Shown here piece after piece: positions 58,259 through 64,000 of a stretch of 64,000 nt of DNA. Within the stretch, counting starts at the first letter, position 1; every line of letters begins with the position of its first letter. This stretch comes from an uncultured Candidatus Rokubacteria bacterium (GTDB taxonomy: Bacteria > Methylomirabilota > Methylomirabilia > Rokubacteriales > CSP1-6). The translations under genes and the position numbers were made by a program. The notes beneath the pieces were generated by a model that saw only the letters and a list, made by a program, of their open reading frames with translations, did no database searches and was not told the origin of the DNA. The DNA is taken from the NCBI GenBank assembly GCA_963771355.1, contig CAVYTA010000006.1:448001-512000 (forward strand). The letters are read 5' to 3'.

Positions 58259-60284
58259 ATGGTGATGCGCGCGGTCGACTTCGGCCGCGAGGTCTGTGGC
58301 CGGCTCGCCGCCGCCGAGGCGCGCGAGTGGCTCTGCGTGAACGGCATCGGCGGCTTCGCCTCCGGCACGGTGGCGGGGCTTCTCACCCGTCGGTACCACG
58401 GGCTGCTGGTGGCGGCCTTGCAGCCGCCCTTGGGCCGGACGGTGCTCGTCTCGCGGGTGGAGGAGACGACCGAGTACCGCGGCGTGCGCCGGGAGCTGCA
58501 CGTCAATCGCTGGGCGGACGGGACCCTCGGCCCGCAGGGGCATCACGAGATCGAGCGCTTCCACCTCGACGGCACCACCCCGGTGTGGAGCTATGCCCTG
58601 GCCGACGCGCTCCTCGAGAAGCGCATCTGGATGGAGCCGGGCGCCAATACCACCTACGTGGCCTATCGGACGGCGCGGGCCGCGGCTCCCGTGGCGCTGA
58701 CCGTCGCGGTGCACGTGAACTACCGGGACTATCACTCGACCACGCGCGGAGGACTGGTCGATGCGAATCGATCCCATTCCCGCGGGCGTGCGCGTGGAGG
58801 CCTTCGCGGGGGCGCGGCCCTTCGTGGTGCTGGCGCCGGGCGCGGCCGCCGAGCCGGCGGGGACCTGGCACTATCGCGGCGACCTGGCCCGCGAGCGCGC
58901 GCGCGGGCTCGACAGCCAGGAGGACACGCTCCACGCGGTGACGTTCCACCTGACGCTTCCCCCGGGTGCGACGGCGGTGCTGGTGTGCTCCGCCGAGGAG
59001 GCGCCCGACCTGGACGCGGAGGCCGCCTGGCGCCGGCGGCGGGCGCACGAGGCGGCGGTGCTCGAGGCCTGGCGCGCGGTCCGCCCGGCGGCGACGCCGG
59101 AGCCCGCATGGATCACCCAGCTCGTGCTCGGCGCCGACCAGTTCCTCGTCAGCCGGCCGGCCCTGGACGTGCCCGATGGGAAGTCGGTCATCGCAGGCTA
59201 CCCGTGGTTCGGCGACTGGGGGCGCGACACCATGATCGCGCTGCCCGGTCTCCTGCTCACCACGGGGCGCCCGGGGGCGGCCGCGTCCATCCTGCGCACG
59301 TTCGCGCGGCTCGTGGACCGCGGCATGCTCCCGAACCGCTTCCCGGACGCGGGCGAGGCGCCGGAGTACAACACCGTGGACGCCACCCTCTGGTACTTCG
59401 AGGCCATTCGCGCCTATGTGGCCGCGACCGGGGACGACGCGCTTCTCCGTGAGCTCTACCCCGTGCTCGAGGAGATCGTGGAGTGGCATCGCAAGGGCAC
59501 GCGCCACGGCATCGTGGTAGATCCCGACGACGGCTTGCTCCGGGCGGGGGAGCCCGGGGTCCAGCTCACGTGGATGGACGCGCGCGTGGGGGAGCGCGTG
59601 ATCACGCCGCGCACGGGCAAGCCGGTGGAGATCAACGCGCTCTGGTTCAATGCCCTGCGCGCCATGGGGTTCTTCTCACGGCGGCTGCGTCGGCCCGCGG
59701 CGCCGTGGGAGGAGGCCGCCGGTGAGGTGGCGCGATCGTTCAACCGTTTCTGGAACGCCGGCGCCGGCTGCTGCAAGGACGTCATCGACGGGCCGAGCGG
59801 CGATGACGCCGCGCTCCGGCCCAACCAGATCCTGGCCGTGTCGCTACCGGCCAGCCCGCTGCCGGTACCGCGGCAGCGGCAGGTGGTGGACGTCTGCGCC
59901 GCCGAGCTTCTCACCGACTTCGGGCTCCGCAGCCTCTCGCCGCGGGATCCGGCGTACCGGGGGCTCTATGCGGGCGGGCCGGCCGAGCGGGACGGCGTCT
60001 ATCACCAGGGCACCGCGTGGGGCTGGCTGCTCGGCGCATTTGTCATGGCTCACTTGCGCGTGCACGGTGACCGAGCCGCCGCGCGCGCCTTTCTCCTGCC
60101 GCTGGCGCATCACGTACCGGATGCGGGCCTCGGCAGCATCGCGGAGGTCTTCGACGGCGACGCCCCGTTCGAGCCGGGCGGCTGCCCGTTCCAGGCCTGG
60201 AGCGTCGCGGAGACGCTGCGCGCCTGGGCCGCCACCGAGCCCGAGCCGCCGCGCCCGCGGCCCGCGCGGCCGCGCGGGCGCTGA
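58259..60284 (+). pseudogene. Glycogen debranching enzyme / amylo-alpha-1,6-glucosidase, frameshifted near 58750 (real lesion or assembly error)
   Basis: The N-domain (REWLCVNGIGGFASGT...RRYHGLL...RDYH) and the catalytic domain (IAGYPWFGDWGRDTMI, QLTWMDA, YHQGTAW, QAWSVAE) lie in different frames. Confidence 0.85.
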
Positions 60285-60296
60285 GGACGGAGGCGC

Positions 60297-62948
60297 ATGA
60301 TCGTCGAACGCGCGGAGCAGCAGCGCCTGGCCGAGGCGGAGGCGCGCACCGCGCACTGGAAGCGCTGGGGCCCGTATCTCTCCGAGCGGCAATGGGGCAC
60401 CGTGCGCGAGGACTACAGCGCGCACGGGACGGCATGGGAGTACCTGCCGCACGACCATGCCCGCTCGCGCGCCTACCGCTGGGGCGAGGACGGCATCCTC
60501 GGCATCTCGGACAACCATCAGCGCCTGTGCCTGGCGCTGGCGCTCTGGAACGGCCGTGACCCCATTCTCAAGGAGCGGCTCTTCGGGCTCACCGGCAACG
60601 AGGGCAACCACGGCGAGGACGTGAAGGAGTACTACTACTACCTCGACTCCACCCCCACCCACTCGTACATGAAGGGCCTCTACAAGTACCCGCAGGCGGA
60701 GTTCCCCTACGCGCGCCTGGTGGAGGAGAACCGCCGGCGGGGGCGGGGAGCGCCCGAGTTCGAGCTGCTGGACACGGGCGTCTTCGACGACGACCGCTAC
60801 TTCGACGTCACCGTGGAGTATGCCAAGGCCGGCGTGGACGACATCCTGGTTCGCATCACCGCGACCAATCGGGGCCCGGTGGCGGCGCCGCTCCACCTCA
60901 TCCCGACCCTCTGGTTCCGCAACACCTGGGCCTGGGACGTCGGGGCCAAGCGCCCGCGGCTGGCGCGGGCGGCATCGGACGGCGGGCACGTCGCGGTCGA
61001 GGCCACGCACCCGACCCTCGGGACCCGGCGGCTCTGCTGCGACGGCGCCCCGCGCCTGCTCTTCACCGAGAACGAGACCAATCACGCGCGTCTCTTCGAT
61101 GGCCCCCGCGTCACCCTGCACGTGAAGGACGGGATCAACGACGCGGTGGTGGGCGGGCGCCCGGAGGCCGTCAACCCGGCAGAGACCGGCACCAAGGTGG
61201 GCGCGCAGTACATCTTCGACGTCCCCGGGGGTGCGAGCGTCAGCGTGCGGGTCCGGCTCGCCGCCGTCGGTTCCGCCGCCGGCCCGTTTGGCGCCGGCTT
61301 CACGCAGGTCTTCGCCGACCGTCTCGCCGAGGCCGACGATTTCTATGCCGGTCTGCTGCCCGGCGAGCGCTCCGAGGACAGCCGGCGGGTGATGCGGCAG
61401 GCGGCGGCGGGGCTGCTGTGGAGCAAGCAGTTCTATCACTACGATATTCGCCGCTGGCTGTCCGGCGATCCCACCCAGCCGCCGCCGCCCCCCGGCCGCG
61501 CCGAGGGCCGAAACCGCGGGTGGGAGCACCTCTACAACGAAGACGTGATCTCGATGCCCGACAAGTGGGAGTACCCCTGGTACGCAGCCTGGGACCTGGC
61601 CTTCCACATGATCCCGCTCGCCCTGCTCGACGCCGACTTCGCCAAGTCCCAGCTGCTCCTCTTCCTGCGCGAGTGGTACATGCACCCCAATGGCCAGGTT
61701 CCCGCCTATGAGTGGGCCCTGGGCGACGTCAATCCGCCCGTGCACGCGTGGGCGGCCTGGCGCGTCTACAAGATCGACCGGAAGGTCAAGGGCACGGGCG
61801 ACCGCCAGTTCCTGGAGAAGGTGTTCCACAAGCTCCTGCTCAACTTCACCTGGTGGGTGAACCGGAAGGACGCCGAGGGCAACAATGTCTTCCAGGGCGG
61901 ATTCCTCGGCCTGGACAATATCGGAGTATTCGACCGCTCGGCGCCGCTGCCCACCGGCGGGCATATCGAGCAGTCCGACGGCACCAGCTGGATGGCCATG
62001 TACTCGCTCAACATGCTGGCCATCGCGCTGGAGCTGGCCCAGGAGGACCCGGCCTACGAGGACGTGGCGAGCAAGTTCTTCGAGCACTTCGTCTACATCG
62101 CGCACGCCATGCACAAGCTCGGCCGCGAGGAGATCAGCCTCTGGGACGAGGAGGACGGCTTCTACTACGACGTGCTCCGCCTGCCCGGGCACCCGCCCAT
62201 TCCCCTGAAGGTCCGCTCCATGGTCGGCCTCATCCCGCTCTTCGCGGTGGAGACGCTCGAGCCCGAGCAGGTGGACAAGCTGGGGGGCTTCAAGCGCCGC
62301 ATGCAGTGGTTCGTGGACAACCGTCCCGACCTGGCCGATCACGTGGTGGAGGTCCAGCGCCTGGACGGCAAGATCCGCCGCCTGCTCTCCATCGTCACCC
62401 AGCCCCAGCTGCCGAGAGTCCTCCGCTTCATGTTGGATGAAGCGGAGTTCCTCTCGCCGCATGGCATCCGCGCGCTGTCCCGCTACCACCGCGAGCATCC
62501 CTACGTCTTCCACGCGGACGGGATGGCGCATCGGGTGGACTACGAGCCCGCCGAGTCCTCGTCCGGGCTCTTCGGCGGCAACTCGAACTGGCGGGGCCCG
62601 GTGTGGTTCCCGGTGAACTACCTGCTCATCGAGTCACTGCAGAAGTTCCACTGGTTCCTGGGCGATGGGTTGCGGCTGGAGTGCCCCAGCGGGTCGGGCG
62701 TCAAGATGGATCTCTGGGAGATCTCGGTGGAGCTGTCGCGGCGGCTGTCCCGCATCTTCCTCCGCGATGCGGACGGGCGGCGGCCGGTGTTCGGGCCCGT
62801 GGACAAGCTCCAGCGGGACCCGCACTGGCGGGACCTGGTGCCCTTCCACGAGTATTTCCACGGCGAGACGGGAGCGGGCCTGGGCGCCAGCCACCAGACG
62901 GGCTGGACCGGGCTGGTGGCCAAGCTCATCGCCCAGAGCGGGGAGTAG
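60297..62948 (+). CDS. GH63/MGH1-like glucosidase
   Basis: [58 protein letters not shown]. Confidence 0.92.
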   Translation: MIVERAEQQRLAEAEARTAHWKRWGPYLSERQWGTVREDYSAHGTAWEYLPHDHARSRAYRWGEDGILGISDNHQRLCLALALWNGRDPILKERLFGLTGNEGNHGEDVKEYYYYLDSTPTHSYMKGLYKYPQAEFPYARLVEENRRRGRGAPEFELLDTGVFDDDRYFDVTVEYAKAGVDDILVRITATNRGPVAAPLHLIPTLWFRNTWAWDVGAKRPRLARAASDGGHVAVEATHPTLGTRRLCCDGAPRLLFTENETNHARLFDGPRVTLHVKDGINDAVVGGRPEAVNPAETGTKVGAQYIFDVPGGASVSVRVRLAAVGSAAGPFGAGFTQVFADRLAEADDFYAGLLPGERSEDSRRVMRQAAAGLLWSKQFYHYDIRRWLSGDPTQPPPPPGRAEGRNRGWEHLYNEDVISMPDKWEYPWYAAWDLAFHMIPLALLDADFAKSQLLLFLREWYMHPNGQVPAYEWALGDVNPPVHAWAAWRVYKIDRKVKGTGDRQFLEKVFHKLLLNFTWWVNRKDAEGNNVFQGGFLGLDNIGVFDRSAPLPTGGHIEQSDGTSWMAMYSLNMLAIALELAQEDPAYEDVASKFFEHFVYIAHAMHKLGREEISLWDEEDGFYYDVLRLPGHPPIPLKVRSMVGLIPLFAVETLEPEQVDKLGGFKRRMQWFVDNRPDLADHVVEVQRLDGKIRRLLSIVTQPQLPRVLRFMLDEAEFLSPHGIRALSRYHREHPYVFHADGMAHRVDYEPAESSSGLFGGNSNWRGPVWFPVNYLLIESLQKFHWFLGDGLRLECPSGSGVKMDLWEISVELSRRLSRIFLRDADGRRPVFGPVDKLQRDPHWRDLVPFHEYFHGETGAGLGASHQTGWTGLVAKLIAQSGE

Positions 62949-64000
62949 ACATCCGACGAGTGATCGCGCCGAGGGCGTCGTAGGCGGCGTACTTGTACGC
63001 GTCGCCCAGGCTCGGGTAGTTGAACACCGCGTCCACGAAGGCGTCGATGGTGCCGCCCGCCTGCATCACCATGAGGCCCACGTGCACCAGCTCGGCGGCG
63101 CCCTCTCCCACGATGTGCACGCCGATGAGGGCGCGGGTGTCGGGATCGACGAGGAGCTTCACCTGGCCGGTGAGCTCCCCCATGATCTGACCGCGCGCAT
63201 TGCCGCCGAACTGCGCCCGCCCCACGCAGTAGGGAAGATTGCGCTCCCGGCACGTCTCCTCGGTCTCGCCCACCATCGACACCTCGGGGATGGTGTAGAT
63301 CGCCAGCGGATAGATGCGCGCCACCGCCGTCTTGTACCTGAGGTCGAAGGCGTGGCACACGCCCACGCGCGCCTGCTCCATGGAGGTCGCGGCCAGCGCG
63401 GGGAAGCCGATCACGTCCCCCGCCGCATAGATGTGGGGAACCACCGTCTGGTAGTGCTCGTTGACCGGGATATGCCCGCGATCGTCCACCGTCACGCCGA
63501 CGCGCTCGAGCCCGAGCCCCGCGGTGGCGCCGAGGCGGCCCGCGGCGACCAGTACCGCGTCCACCTCGAGGAGATCCCCCCGCCTGAGGGTGAGCCGCAC
63601 CGCGTCCTCGTCCGCGGCCGCCGACGTCACCCCGTCGAACAGCGCCAGCCGCACGCCGAGGAGCTGCATCTGCATGCGCAGGCGGTCCGCGGTCTCGGCG
63701 TCGAGGAAATCGAGCAGCCGCGCCCGCCCGTCGATGAGATGGACCTCGATCCCCAGCGCGGCGAAGATGCAGGCGTACTCGCACCCGATGCCCCCCGCGC
63801 CGATCACCGCCAGTCGGCGGGGCAGGCGGCTCATGGCGAGGATGGAGTCGCTGTCGTAGAAGCGCGGGTCGTCGATGGGAAGGTCTCGTCCGCGGTTGGG
63901 CACCGAGCCGGTGGCGACCAGGATCACGGGAGCGGTGAGGCGGGTGTCGTCCCCGGTGTCCCCCGCCACCCGCACGGTGTGCGCATCCTCGAAGGAGGCG
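62926..64000 (-). CDS. sthA: Soluble (Si-specific) pyridine nucleotide transhydrogenase, 3' part
   Basis: [59 protein letters not shown]; 5' end lies beyond the window. Confidence 0.88.
   Translation of the reverse strand, partial: ASFEDAHTVRVAGDTGDDTRLTAPVILVATGSVPNRGRDLPIDDPRFYDSDSILAMSRLPRRLAVIGAGGIGCEYACIFAALGIEVHLIDGRARLLDFLDAETADRLRMQMQLLGVRLALFDGVTSAAADEDAVRLTLRRGDLLEVDAVLVAAGRLGATAGLGLERVGVTVDDRGHIPVNEHYQTVVPHIYAAGDVIGFPALAATSMEQARVGVCHAFDLRYKTAVARIYPLAIYTIPEVSMVGETEETCRERNLPYCVGRAQFGGNARGQIMGELTGQVKLLVDPDTRALIGVHIVGEGAAELVHVGLMVMQAGGTIDAFVDAVFNYPSLGDAYKYAAYDALGAITRRMSTPRSGR

Overview
A very GC-rich (about 70% by eye), gene-dense bacterial chromosomal segment with about 60 CDSs and no rRNA, tRNA, CRISPR array or recognisable mobile element. 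The gene mix (cyclase-AAA-TPR protein, LLM/SDR/Rieske/TauD enzymes, selenoproteins, Ehr complex) suggests Candidatus Rokubacteria/Methylomirabilota or a similar soil lineage (inference only). Most of the window is accessory metabolism. Four things stand out. (1) A RiPP-like operon at 27750-31392: a 73-aa Tat-type precursor with a 21-aa Cys/Ser/Thr-rich core, a PqqD/RRE protein, an HprK-related kinase (frameshifted here), a nucleotidyltransferase and a lipoprotein, with no lasso cyclase or peptidase. (2) An ECF sigma factor whose partner fuses a zinc anti-sigma domain to an O6-alkylguanine methyltransferase and an Ada-type 4-Cys zinc domain; an identical bipartite motif (TTTCAC-N13-CGGTGTCTCAT) precedes both the sigma gene and a downstream pair of small genes. 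This is a candidate alkylation-damage response run through an anti-sigma factor. (3) Two selenoproteins split by the ORF caller (OsmC-like and UxxC redoxin), each with a SECIS-like hairpin at the same distance from the UGA. (4) An Ehr-type hydrogenase-4-like complex whose large subunit lacks the NiFe cysteines. Two single-base frameshifts (kinase, glycogen debranching enzyme) may be assembly errors.
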